A DNA stretch of 63,860 nt, the filler included, from Elsinoe ampelina (lineage: Eukaryota), in the NCBI GenBank assembly GCA_010093995.1. It is 3 parts of 3 records of this genome, joined end to end, with 100 filler letters (N's around TTAATTAATTAA, not from the genome) between each part and the next. Parts side by side here need not be neighbours in the genome. Positions count along the whole stretch, not along the records: positions 29,200 to 57,708 come from ML992556.1; positions 57,809 to 63,860 come from ML992588.1; 1 more part is not named here. One strand, given 5' to 3'. Of this stretch, positions 49,104 to 61,338 are shown piece by piece (the first letter of the stretch is position 1; each line of letters starts with the position of its first letter). Below the pieces are notes generated by a model that was not told the origin of the DNA, did no database searches, and worked only from the letters and a program-made list of their open reading frames with translations. A program made the translations under genes and the position numbers.

Positions 49104-51226
49104 TCATCCAACCTTCTTGACCCTCACCCTCCCCTCCCCACCCTCGACCTCCCACTTCCCCTCCCCCTCCCCCGTCTGCCTCCCCTCAATCTCCGCCCTC
49201 ATCCCCCCTCCCACATCCCCGACCGCAACAGTCCCCTTCGTCCCCTTCGGCGTCTTCCACCAAACCTCCACCCCTCCCTCCTCATCCCTCTCCCACCCGG
49301 CCTCAAACTTGCCCAACCCCGTGGTCCACCCTCCCCTCACACTACTCAGATCCCCAAACTGAGGCTTCAAAGACCACTCACTCCCCTGCCTCCCCACCAC
49401 CCTCAATCCAAGTACGTACTCCGTCAACGCACTCGTTGGCCCTGAACTCCATCCATGCGCATGAGAAGGGTAGGACGCATCGTACCCGTACCCTCTGCTT
49501 GATCTATAGCTGAAACTCCCATTCGTCAGGTATCCCTCAATAAGCGTGCTCCCCGTACCATTAGGGTTATTAGCATACCACCCCCACGAACGCCGGATGA
49601 GATCCAACGCGCGATCCGTCTCACCAATCGTCAAGTGGGCTTGGATCTCAAAGGACGAGATGAAAGGGGAGATATTGCCCGGCAGCTCAGGGGTTTCGGC
49701 GCCGATCGGGGTCCAGTTCTTCGTCAAGGCGGAGGAGATGGAGGAGGCGCGGGAGGAGAGGGGGACGGAGGAGTTGGGTGGTGAGGGGAGGAGGGGGGAG
49801 GAGCCTGGGGGAGGGACGATGCCGAAGAGGATCGCGAGGCTGTTGGCGTCTTGTGGGATGAGGGTGGTGGCGGTGGCGTTGTCTTTGAAGGCGCCGAAGG
49901 TGTCGGACCAGCAGTAGGTGTTGATGGCTGGGGCGATGGCGTCGGCGCGGGCGGACCAGTTGGATGCAAGAGAGGGGTCGTTGAGCCAGGTGGCGAGTTG
50001 GGCGGAGGTGCGGAGGGTGTGGTAGTAGATCATTTGGGCTTGGGAGTTGTTGAAGCCGGTCTGCCAGCGTGCCCAGTCGCGGAGGCCGGTGACGTTCATG
50101 AGACCGGAGGGGTAGGTGACTTGACGATTGATGTAGCCCATGAGGAGGTTGTACTTTGGCCAGATGTTGGTAAGCCAGGTGGTGTCGTTGGTGTACAGTA
50201 TATAATTGTAGCACCCGATCATGGTCCACATGTTGTAGGTTGTGCTGGATTGTTGGAGAAGTGGCTATGAACGTCAGATGGGATTGCGTAGACGAAATGA
50301 GGACTTACTGGACCGGATTCCGGCAAGCTACCATCCTTATTCTGGTAGTCAAACATGACTTGAAGCGCGTTCCTGACGCTGTCCATTTCGCCACCCACCG
50401 AGTAGAATAGACTGGGAACTGCGATGCCCATATCGCCCGGCCAGACAGCTCGATCTCGCTTGGCTCCATCCATAATGATGGTCTCGCCAGGGCCCATGGT
50501 GCCATTGTTCGCCCATCCCTTGCTCAGTGTCGGGACCCACCTGCCAGTGTTTGGTGGTGCGTTATTGGTCTGCAGTGTGTATGCTCCGGCGTACCAGATA
50601 CGGTTCAGCAATTCGTCAGAGGAGTGGAAATATCCTTGGTAATTACGAAGGTTGGCCCATGTTGGTTCGAAAGCGATTTCGAGGCTAATATCGTCGAACG
50701 TGATTGAAGCTTCAGGGTCAGTGGTGAGAAGGAGGAGAGTCAGGTACCTGAAGCCGCCTCTTAAAAGCTTGTCTGGCATGATGTATGTGTACGTCCCAGC
50801 CGAGGAGAAATTTTGATACAAGGCGCCGTCCCCTGCCTGGAATTTGCCATTCGACGAGTCTGAGTAGAGCCCGATCCAGTTCAGGCCTTCAGTGAACGCC
50901 ATACCCATAGCACCCTCTCCAGTGGCTGTATAGGTGACACTGAGAATACCGCCAACCTCGATACCAAAGTCAAACACCAGCGCTGAGGCGTTCCCCTTGA
51001 TATTGTTCTCGCCGGGCCAGTCCGAGATCTTCTGTGCGGTCTCCAACGACATGATTGAAACTGGCTTGACTATCCTGGACGACGGCGAGTAAATGTTTGC
51101 ATCCCATGGTCCTGTGAATGCTGGTTCTGTAGGACCATTGCAAGTCGTGTTGCGCCAGCATGTTTGTGAAATTACTATTGGAAGACACGCACTGGCAATA
51201 GCCAACAGGCACTGAATCCGCAACAT
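49104..51226 (-). CDS. Secreted alpha-L-rhamnosidase, GH78
   Basis: Signal peptide, LRGGFRYLT, LLNRIWYAGAYTLQ, DGAKRDRAVWPGD, SHAHGWSSGPT; one intron ~50266-50308. Confidence 0.93.
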
Positions 51227-51697
51227 TGTGAGTCGACAGACCTGATAGACTTACCTTCAGGAAAGAAGCGACGATATGCGATCATCTTATTGTACGGTGA
51301 TGATGCGCGGACGTCTCGCCCGCTGCTCTGACGACTCGCCTCATCTCGTACCGAAAATTTGGATGAATGTGTCGAATGCAAAGGAACGATAGGACGGAAA
51401 AATTGGCAAAGATCAGGAAGCCGGCAAAGAAAGTGGGGGCCCTCAATGTCGATCTTCGGGGCTGATGCGGGGGAAGGGGAAGCTTGTTCTGTGTCATGGC
51501 GCATCCTTGTCCCTGAAAGCATGTGGGTGGGGAAGGTTTCGTGTAAAAAATACTATGTACAGAGTGCTATACTACAGTTGTGCTCTCTCAAAGTTGCCGA
51601 AGTACTACAAGCACCGTCAACGATGGATGCCTACGAATAATTACATCTTCCTGGCAGACTCCCACTACACCTATGCGCCCCAAGACACATAGTAAGT

Positions 51698-52838
51698 CTA
51701 TAATGCCTTGGGGCGACTCGTCTGCCGAACAAGAGGCGAGGCAGGTGGCAATACAGTCAGCGGGCCTTTTGTCCGCTTTCGCTTGGTAGTAGTAGTAGTA
51801 GTCTTCTGCTGAGGCTGCTTCTTGGTCGTCGTCTTGGGTTTGACAACCTTCTTGGTAGTGACAGAGACAGGTATCGGGATTTTAGTGCCAACATCGCGCT
51901 TTGTCTTTGTCGACGTGGTGGTCGTCTTCTTGGCAGCATTCTTGGTCCGTCGTGTATTCAACGTGCTTGGGGATACACCGGTGGCGGGCTGTGGTACGGC
52001 ATCACCGTCCGTGCCAGTGCGATTCCAGTATGCAGTGATGGATTTGATGCGGAGATCATTGAGTGCTTCGGGAGGACCACCAGACCAGAGCGGATTTCCA
52101 TTCCTAGCGTTATTAGCTGAGTGTCCGTTCAGCAATGGAATGATATACTTACGCCCAGTTGTTCCAGATCCAGCCGGATGCAAGGTACGGCACATTCACA
52201 GTGAGCTCATTTCTGTACTCGCCATCGATGTAGAACCTCACCCGGTCCTTCAGCCAATCGATTCGATACTCGTGGAATTCGGTCGCCATTGTGGCAGGCG
52301 CAACATCATCGACGGACTTTGCCTCGGTCTTTGTCGTCAGTGCTTGGTTCGTATACCAGATTTTGCTGAGGTCCGATGTGAGGATCTCAATGTCGGTCTC
52401 CTGAGTATCATTGAGGTAGGAAAAGAAACCGTGACAAGTACCGGGCACACTACTGGCTTTCGCCACAGTCCTGACGCTGCCATACAGAATATCTCTGTAG
52501 ACTGTCCGAACCTCAGCTGAGGATACTTCGCCATTGACCAGACCAGGCTGGACTAGCAGCGACATGGAATCTCCCGAGTTGAATTTCACATTCGATTCGT
52601 AGAATCTCCGGCCATATGGGGCTTTACCAGCTGAAACCAGACTTGTTGATGCGACAAAGCTTTCCGGTAGTTGTGCAGAGGTAGTAAAGTCGACCTCGAA
52701 CATGGTGTTGAAAGTCCCAGCCCCCTCAACCACATATCCTTGATCTGTCTTCTCCGCTGGCGGTGACAGAGTCTGCGCCGTAGCCAGCCCTGCAAGAGTG
52801 GCGCCCGCCATCAAGGCGACATTCGAAACACAACGCAT
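51698..52838 (-). CDS. Secreted GH16 glycoside hydrolase with Thr/Lys-rich tail
   Basis: Signal peptide, DILYGSVRT, catalytic ETDIE motif, FHEYRIDW, WNNW|NGNPLWSGGPP across an intron at ~52105-52153; 3' end less certain. Confidence 0.9.
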
Positions 52839-53756
52839 GGCAGTCAACGACGTGGCAAGATGTCTTTGGAAGAACGAGCAGGTAACACAAGCTTGTTATA
52901 GGAAACGCGCGACTTACATAGAGCGGCGGACCTGCGATCCGTTTCGAGCACGCCAGTGGGCGTTACCTTCAACGGCCTTACAGGCTATGATCAAATTGAG
53001 GGACATTAGGTATGAAACACAACATATACTACCAGGCGGCTGCGAGGTGACATCGTGTGTGAATAGGCGAGACCCAGAGTTGGAGCTCCTGATCTTCGAG
53101 CATCGCGTGTTGCATTGTTGCGAAAAACTTCTGTACAAAGACTAATCTCGAACCCAACGGCGAGGCATGCCGGCACGTTGAGGAGGCTGGCAGTTACATG
53201 TAGACACGGCGTACAGATGTTTGACCAATAGGCTTAGCGTGTGAGTTGAAAAGGTTACGGATCCCCTGGAAGATGTAGACTGGGTATTGGGCTTTGTAGA
53301 CACGATTGGACGAGCCTCGTAGTGGATGTTGGTTTTGTAGTCATGAAACAGCCGGGCATGAAGATGTTCGGAGTACTCGACCAGCATCCGACTTCTAGTG
53401 TCGTAGGTGCCTTCCGATGATCGTAATGATGAACCCGATGCAAAATTCCGATCAATGTGACTGATGTTGAAGAAAGTGAGGTCGAAACAAAGTGAGGTGG
53501 TATTCTTGGCAGAAACAGACTTCATCTCCACATTCCTGCATGCAAGATGGTTCGCAAACGTCGCGTCCCTTTCGGTCTCGAATCGGCTGCAGGGGAAGTC
53601 GCGTCCTACATGCGTCAACACACCATCAGCGTGCATCTTTGCATGTGATCGCCATCCCTGAAATTGTCGTCCGGTTGATATGGCCACAATTTCGTCGTCC
53701 GGACCTCCGATCGTTCACTTTCCCGACTAGCTGACTCGCTACCTTTATTCAACGTC

Positions 53757-55166
53757 ATGTCGTCTTCAGCTATAGCTCCAGGACCGGGCGCACTTCTCAG
53801 AGAAAGAGGACGACAGGTCAGTGCTGAGTCGCCACGCCTATCGACGCCACGTCTTCCTCGTCGTCGGTCTTCCGTCTTGTCCTACGCGAGCGACACACGA
53901 CAATCCGTTCAGTCATCAGCAGGAGATTTCATATTACCAGGTCTCGGCATTAGCAATAACGATAGCAGTGAAGATGACGCATCTCACTGGCATTCATCAC
54001 CACTCGCTTTCGCACTTCTCCCGGCAGTGGGCGGGCTGATCTTCACCAATGGAAGCGCATTCATTACGGACATTCTCTTGCTTGGACTTGCGGCCATCTT
54101 TCTGAACTGGTCTGTGAGACTACCATGGTAGGTCTGCCGTTCCGCAGCCACGAATACAGCTAACCTTGTCAGGCAATGGTATCACTCTGCGCAGGCCATT
54201 CGTCAGACCTCCTCTCGTGGGCCTTCAATCTCGGAGCGCCCGGATCTGCACTCGGAAGATCCTCAAGCATCACCTTCTCCCAAGTCGATGAAGGACTCGG
54301 TTCAATCAGAAGAGGCACTAAGAGCAAAGGATGCGGAAAAGGGAGATCTGGAATTCGACGATGACGCAGAGGAGGCAGCCGAGAAGTTGCGGACACATGA
54401 GAAGCTCGCCTTGCTCTCAACATTCATTTTCCCTGCTCTGGGCGCATACCTTCTTCACGTCATCCGCAACCAGCTCTCCAAAGGCTCCACTGTCCTCGTC
54501 TCGGACTACAATTTGACCATCTTCTTGTTAGCAGCTGAGATTCGCCCTTTCCGCCAAGCGATCAAGCTGGTAACAAACAGGACTATTCATCTCCAGCGCG
54601 TTGCTAATGGATCGGATCATCTGGTTAGCAAGGACACCGAAAAGCATGCAAACTTTGAATCCCGATTGGAAGTTCTTGAAGCCAAAGTCTCGGATCCCAC
54701 ACACTCTCCCGTTGCGGTTGCTGGACAGAAGGAGGAAATCACACAGCTGTCAGCGGAACTTCGCAAGCGGTATGAGCCACGTATTGATGCACTCGAACGT
54801 GCCGTCCGCCGCTACGAGAAGCGTGTGACGACTCTCACCATGCTCACGGATCAGCGACTCCAATCATTGGACAACAGACTTCAGGATGCTCTCAGCCTGG
54901 CTGCAGTGGCTGCCCAGTCAAGCCAGAAACCTTCAATCATTGCCACTACACTCAGCTACATCAGTCGAGTCATCATGATGCCCATCGAGGCGGCCTGCTT
55001 CATCGCAATGTGGCCGATCCGCGTTCTAGAAGACACTGCCAGACTTGTACTCGGTTCTCCTCCTAAGAGCAAGAAACGAACCTCGGATCGTCAGGGCAAA
55101 CCCTCAAGCAGGGTCCGCGAGAAGCGCTCCAACAGAGAAGATGTGAGTGCTGTACCAGCAAAGTGA
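53757..55166 (+). CDS. Conserved fungal hypothetical membrane protein with coiled coil
   Basis: WHSSPLAFALLPAVGGLIF...NWSVRLPW|QWY across one intron (~54128-54172); DYNLTIFLLAAEIRP; LERAVRRYEKR. Confidence 0.85.
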
Positions 55167-56229
55167 TTGCTGCCTTCTTCGCTATGCAGAATTCAACTTG
55201 AGGAGTTTGGAGGGTACTTGTGGGGTCCCGGAAAAGGATACTGTATGGACTGGGTGCGAAAACACTACCTTTATAATGTGATATGTGGTTATGACAGGAA
55301 CGGTTCGACAGTAGATATAACATGTAGTCAATAGCATTTCTTATTGTGTAATCCTTAGTGCAGGTAATGGACGTCTCACATGTTCGGGTCAAACCCTTAG
55401 TCAGCACCGCACATCACGACATGAAGCCTCTCCCCAACCAGACTCTGTGAATTTCTCAACTTTCTGTTCTTGTACATACGACATCAGCCTCATCAGCTCA
55501 AAGCGGGAAGCCTGCTCAAATCGAACGGCACTAACTTATGATCTCAAGCGCGTCAATTCGGCCGTGGGTTGCCAATGACTGCCACCGATCCAGCTGCGCT
55601 TGGAATACCAGCAATACCACGGCATCGTCAGGCCATGCATACGTGCGTACCCATGTTCGATTGATCGATCTGGTTCGGCACAGACAAAGACTTGCCGAGC
55701 CTACAGACTGTGGGCTGGACCCGGACGGCCATTTGCGATCACATTCCACAAAGGCCCACAACATGGCACGCCCAATGAATGACGGCTACCATACAGGTGA
55801 GTCTTCATGCCAACAGATATATCTCTAGCATGTTTCTTTGGCCCTCAGAATATCCATGAAAGTGTCCTTCCAATCTTTTCTTGGCTTATTTCTTACCTTT
55901 GTCAATTCCGCTCGTTCTTGTCACTCGTTTACCACTTCTGCTTTGCGAGGTTCTGTCTTTGTCCTCCTTCGACGCTTCCGGCACTAGTAGCTTGGTTCAC
56001 CGTCGTGGCGCGGAGTTCCGCTCGACCGCCCTTTACCTCCAGTATCTCAAGTCGATATGCGGTCTGCCAAGGGACAGAGAGGGATTTGATTCGTTACACA
56101 AACTGCTGTTCCGCCGCATCTGGGTGATCAAAGGAGCATCAAGTGTCACGCCACCATAAGTTCTGCATACCACCCAAGCCCAAGGAACATCGGGCTTTGC
56201 CGATCAAGCGTAGGACAGCACCGCCCAAT

Positions 56230-57708
56230 ATGTCAGCCCTACTGATTAACTTCCTGCTACTTGTCAGCTCTGCCGAGGCATTCTGGCGCATGAACTGTGG
56301 TATCATTCAAGTTGGACGAGTCGACCCAATCATCAACCCCGGTGCACTTGCTCAGCACGCTCACACCATCAGTGGTGGATCAAACATTGGTGTGAATGCT
56401 ACATACGCCAGTTTGGTCAACTCCGCCTGCAACTCATGCGAGATCTTCCCAGATAAATCAGCTTACTGGACTCCCAACTTGTACTACGCTCGCCCTAATG
56501 GATCTTTCGAGGAGGTCTACCATTCCGGTAGCGTCATTTACTACCTCGGTCGTGGCTATCTTCCAGATGGCAGCCAAAAGTTCACTCCTTTTCCCAAGGG
56601 TTTCCAAATGGTGTCCGGAAACAAGTCCAACCGTCGGTACAACGCCACTGGTAATACATGGGGCAATGCCACATACAGAGCTCGACCAATCGCAGACGCT
56701 GTTAGCTATGCTTGTTTGTCTGATGCTCTCGGCCCCGAGACGCCCAACCTGGTCAATGTCACACGCTGCATCAACGGTCTGCGTGCTCAAATTCACTTCC
56801 AAAACTGCTGGGATGGAAAGAATCTCTACAAGTCCGACAACAGTCATGTTGCTTACCTTAGCGGCATTGACAATGGAGTCTGCCCACCTGGATATCCAGT
56901 CCTTCTGCCGCACATCTTCATGGAAACCAATTACGCCGTTCGCCTGACCAAGAATACCGATGATGGTGGTCGATTCGTTTTCTCGATGGGTGATCCCACT
57001 GGTTACGGCTTCCACGGTGACTTCCAGAATGGCTGGGATGTTGCTCTTCAGAAGAAGGCTGTTGCAGAGTGTGTTGGCGATACTGGCTTTGGTACCATTG
57101 AAGAGTGCCCAATTCTTCAAGCAAACCGGAACACTCAGATGGGTTCCAACTGTCCGGAGATGCCTCCTCAGGTCGGTGAGCCAGTCCGTGGTATGCTTGA
57201 CAAGCTGCCCGGCTGCATTCGCATCACCGACGGTCCGGAGTCTGCCACTGCCGCAGACATGGAATGTCCAGCTAACGCACCTCGTCCATCCATTACCAGG
57301 ACCGTGGACAGCACGCCTCTCCCGACCGCCAATCCTGCCATCGGCCAGGTCTTCGGCAATGCTTTCAACAAGTATGTTGGCTGCGGTAACGACTCCACTG
57401 GTTCCCCTCTCCGTACGTTGAATGCCATCACGACCAAGTTCGACAAGATGACCGTAGAGATGTGCCAGACCTACTGTGCCTCCAAAGGTTATCGCTATTC
57501 CGGAGTTGAGTACCGGTAAGTCAGCCTTGTCCCTCATGTGACCCCCTGCTAACCTCCCCCAGCAACGAATGCCGCTGTGACAACGCCATCAACCCCACCG
57601 CCATCTTCTACCCCGGCGTCAACATGTCCTCAGGCTGCAACATGCTCTGCCCCGGCAATCAAGTCGAACTGTGCGGCGGCGCCAACTACATGAACGGTAT
57701 TACCCCCC
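56230..57708 (+). CDS. Secreted DUF1996 + WSC domain protein, truncated by the assembly gap
   Basis: AFWRMNC...RVDPIINPG..AQHAH, DKSAYWTP, LRAQIHFQNCWDG, GDPTGYGFHGDFQNGW; WSC YVGC...MTVEMCQTYC...YSGVEY|ECRC...CPGNQVELCGG. Confidence 0.93.
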
Positions 57709-57808
57709 NNNNNNNNNNNNNNNNNNNNNNNNNNNNNNNNNNNNNNNNNNNNTTAATTAATTAANNNNNNNNNNNNNNNNNNNNNNNNNNNNNNNNNNNN
57801 NNNNNNNN
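57709..57808. other. Artificial contig-join spacer
   Basis: 44 N + TTAATTAATTAA + 44 N. Confidence 0.97.
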
Positions 57809-58065
57809 TGAGGGAGAGCCACAGACGGTAGTCATGAGCATTTTGAGGGAGAGCCACAGACGGTAGTCATGGGCATTTTGAACGGTAGCCATAGACGGTA
57901 GTCACAGGTATTTCGAGGATAAGCCGTAGACGTTAGTCACAGGCAGTCTGTGGGGGGGCGGGGGGGGAGCTATAGACGTTAGTCACGAGCAGTCTGAGAG
58001 GTAGCCCTAGACGTTAGTCATGGGGCATCATAAGAGGTTGGAAGACCATAGGCGGTAGCCATAGG
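57809..58065. repeat. 35-bp minisatellite, ~7 diverging copies
   Basis: TGAGGGAGAGCCACAGACGGTAGTCATGAGCATTT-type units starting at 57809, 57844, 57879, 57914, 57949 (with G-run insertion) and beyond. Confidence 0.88.
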
Positions 58066-59557
58066 TCAACCAGAAGTTGGTGAGGACGCTGGCTTGCTCT
58101 GCTCCGAACCTGGCTTGTTGATCTTACCGCCAGTGAGTCCTAGACGTTTGCTGTCAAGAGCTGCGATGTCTAAGTCGGGGCTGATGAATTGTCCTGGGTG
58201 TGGGGTTCCTGGGTATCTCTTGAAGCATGCCATGGCGTTTTCTTTGGTGAACCACTCTTTGACCTTCTGTCCGATCTCCTCGGCAAACTCCTTACGTTGC
58301 TGTTTCCATCTCGGCACGGTCTCGTCGCGGAAGTTGGGATCCGACTCCTCGCAGGCAGCGATCCAATTGGTGAAGCCAGGCCAGTCGAGCTCTTCGACGT
58401 CAGGCCATGCACTCGGCGTATTCGGGGCTGGGCTAGTCAATACGGAAGCCGCGTCGGACACTTTGCTGGTCTTCGTGCCTTGATGCTTTGTCCCTTGTTC
58501 TGCCAACCCGGCCTTCTTGTCCGCAACGAGTTTGCCATATAGACCAGCGAGGAGTTCGACGTTGGCCATATGGGCTCGAGGTCCGACAAGAGCCCAGCGC
58601 TGATCATCCGAGAGGCGTCCTTCGTCCGACCTACTAGTGTAGCGCAACCGAAATTCACGTTCGGTACGCGGCTCCGCCTCGCTAGCAGACGACACCTTGG
58701 CTCCCTCACCGATCTCGCACCCATCAATATCCATCCCAGAAGAGCTCCCGTTGTCTGATTGCCGGTCCACCTCATTCTCCAGGCCTGAGATTTGGAGCTT
58801 TCCGAATGTGGCAAGCGCGGAACCATAGCTCATGATGGCGGGGCCACCAGCTGGTCCAAGACCCTGTGTTGGAGGGAAACGCTTCCTAAGTCTGAGTGCC
58901 TGTAGGAGGAGCTGAAATCCAACTGGGTCGTTCACCAGGCTATCAGGTGTCGCTGGTATACAAGTTAGGTCCAGTCCCTGGAATTCTCCGGGTGAAAGCT
59001 GTTCTGGCTCGAAGCGGAGATCAGAACCGCCGGTGTGACGCTGCCAGATTTGCTCGAGTTCGTGAGCGCGGAAGTGACCAGCGGTATCAAAAGCCTCAGC
59101 AAGCCATTCGGGGGAATTTCCTAAAGCACGTCAGTGGCACTTCTGGCGAAACAGTAGGATCCTCACTTTCGCAGAACCCTGCACATTCGCGGTAGGCTTT
59201 GGTCATCAAGGTGCGAAGTCCTTGTTGACGCGCAGTCCAGTCTCGCAATCGTTGGTCAAGCTCTTTGAATTTCTTCGTCAAGCTCTCATGATCTGCTTGC
59301 CGCAGTCCTGGTCTTTGGAGCGAGACCTGCGTGTCCTGCAGGTCTGTTTGCAGACTCTGTATTTGACTCCTGGCCTGTCACGTATCAGTTGGAGTGCCGA
59401 CGGAACGGGATGATCGTCTTACCTCTTCGGCATCCACCCGGAGATCAATGAGAAGGCAAGCAGCGCACCCGACCATGTATTCGGTGTGTTTGCAGAGACC
59501 TTCTTTCGAGACATTTAGGGGAGACAACAACGCTCGATCGACGGTTGCGTTCGACAT
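58066..59557 (-). CDS. Orphan hypothetical protein, 3 exons
   Basis: ATG 59557 (MSNATVDRALL...), introns GTAAGA...GACAG and GTGAGG...CTGAC...TTAG join in frame into ORF 58066..58935. Confidence 0.7.
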
Positions 59558-60305
59558 ATTTAAGGGCGGACTGTAGCAATTGTCTGATTGTCGCGGTTTT
59601 GTGTGGTCTGGTGCTTGATGTGTAACTATGAGTCAATATTGACCTCGCTGTGCTTGATGTGCCACCATGTTTTCAGCCGGAGTTCGTCCGGCCGAGAAAT
59701 CACCGTGGCTGGGTCAACTCTTCGTTCAAAAAAAAGGATCATCCCATACATCAACAGGTTTTCTCTTAGCTGTTACTATCACTCAGTCATGACCAACTAC
59801 AGAGTTCCACTGCACGGAGCCAGTCAGCTCACTATGCGATTGTCGAGATACACGACAGTATACCTTATCGATTCCCCTAGGATGCCAGGCTCTGGTCGAT
59901 GATCAAGGTTTTCAGGCGTACAAGGTCTCGGATGACCTCGCACCCAGATGCAGGGTTTGGCGCTTGAAGATGAGAATCAGCAAATATGGTGTCGGGTTCT
60001 TTTCGGTCTCTACCGAAGGAACGATGCCATCAAAGAGATGTTATCAGTCAATTCGCGGGCTTCATGCAACACATGGTCACTGTCGAGACAGTGTGTAGAT
60101 CCCACGTGATTCAATGCCTCAATGTTCACGCACCAGATGCTGTCGTATCTTACGTGCATTATTCCACGGTCCATGATGCATGAAGTCGAGCTCTCCATGG
60201 CCTATGATTGTGCTCTGCATCTCCGACCGGACTCTTCGACTGAAGCTGGCAGATCTAGCAATTCCATGCCGCCGACTGAAACTCCATGTCTCCCTCCCAT
60301 CCCAC

Positions 60306-60722
60306 CTACTGCCCATCCTTCTCCCCATACTCCTCATCCGTGACCTTCTCCCCCCAACTCGTCTTCCCCAAACTCACCACAAAATGCGTCAACACACTCC
60401 CCTCATCCGCACCATGCCAATGCTCCGTCCCCGCCGGACAACTAATAAGATCCCCCTTCCTGATCCTCACCGGCTTGGCCCCGCGATCGCAGATCCACCC
60501 GCTGCCCGCCTCGACCTTGAGGATCTGCCCGTGCTCGTGCGTGTGCCAGTTCGTGCGCGAGCCGGGGGTGAAGGTGACGGTGGCGAGCATGGTGGAGGGG
60601 GTGGTGGAGGTGGCGGGGTTGGTGTGGGCTTTGTCGAGGTAGACTGTGCCGGTGAAGGTGGTGCCTTTGGCGAGGGCGGAGGGGTCGAGGGTTGTGGAGT
60701 TGGGGATGAGGGTCATGGGCAT
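60306..60722 (-). CDS. Cupin-2 barrel protein
   Basis: FTGTVYLD, VTFTPGSRTNWHTHEHGQILKV..GSG, GDLISCPAGTEHWHGA, WGEKVTDEEY. Confidence 0.9.
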   Translation of the reverse strand: MPMTLIPNSTTLDPSALAKGTTFTGTVYLDKAHTNPATSTTPSTMLATVTFTPGSRTNWHTHEHGQILKVEAGSGWICDRGAKPVRIRKGDLISCPAGTEHWHGADEGSVLTHFVVSLGKTSWGEKVTDEEYGEKDGQ

Positions 60723-61338
60723 TTTGACGGTTGGGGGCAGTGGTGTTGTTGGTTGGGATGGTTGGGTGTTGTGCTGGATAGTGGTTCGATCTGAGATTGA
60801 CAAGACGCAGGAATTGTACAGAGAATACTTAGGAGGTCCTAGGGAAGTTTTGTTTGCGTGATTGAGATCTGTCTCTCAGCTCTCCAACTGCGGGGCTTTC
60901 CCCGAGAAGGACGAAATTGGGGTAGAAGATCATTGTACGGATTGTAGAACACTTACAACCGCTTACCTTGTGTGACGATGAGACTGTCGAAGCGTTGGTA
61001 TACGTCAAGGTCGACGGAGCGACAATGTACAGAACTAGGTAAAATACCTTGCAGGTAGAAGAGGCACTGTCGACAGCACCGTAATGTCTTCCTCATGAGT
61101 GGAGGAACTGAAGCTTGCAAACAGCCCCGCGGTGGAACCCCCACCTCCACATTGTTGTCCCGCATCGCAATATGATGCGGCAATTGTCTCGCTGAATTTG
61201 ATCATGCCTTCGGACAGCGAAACAGACGCCCAGGAATCCACTAAGATACCCTAGAGACCATTGTAGGAAGCCGCTTGCTTCTACTCGACCACAGCACCTG
61301 TTACAATCAAGCAGGAAGAGCCAGGAAACACAGTCAAG

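Noticed and set aside
56458..57537. 359-aa antisense ORF
   Set aside because: Mirror of the codon-biased DUF1996-WSC gene; no recognisable motifs.
57809..58065. CRISPR-like array
   Set aside because: Contiguous diverging tandem units with no unique spacers, no cas genes, and a eukaryotic context.
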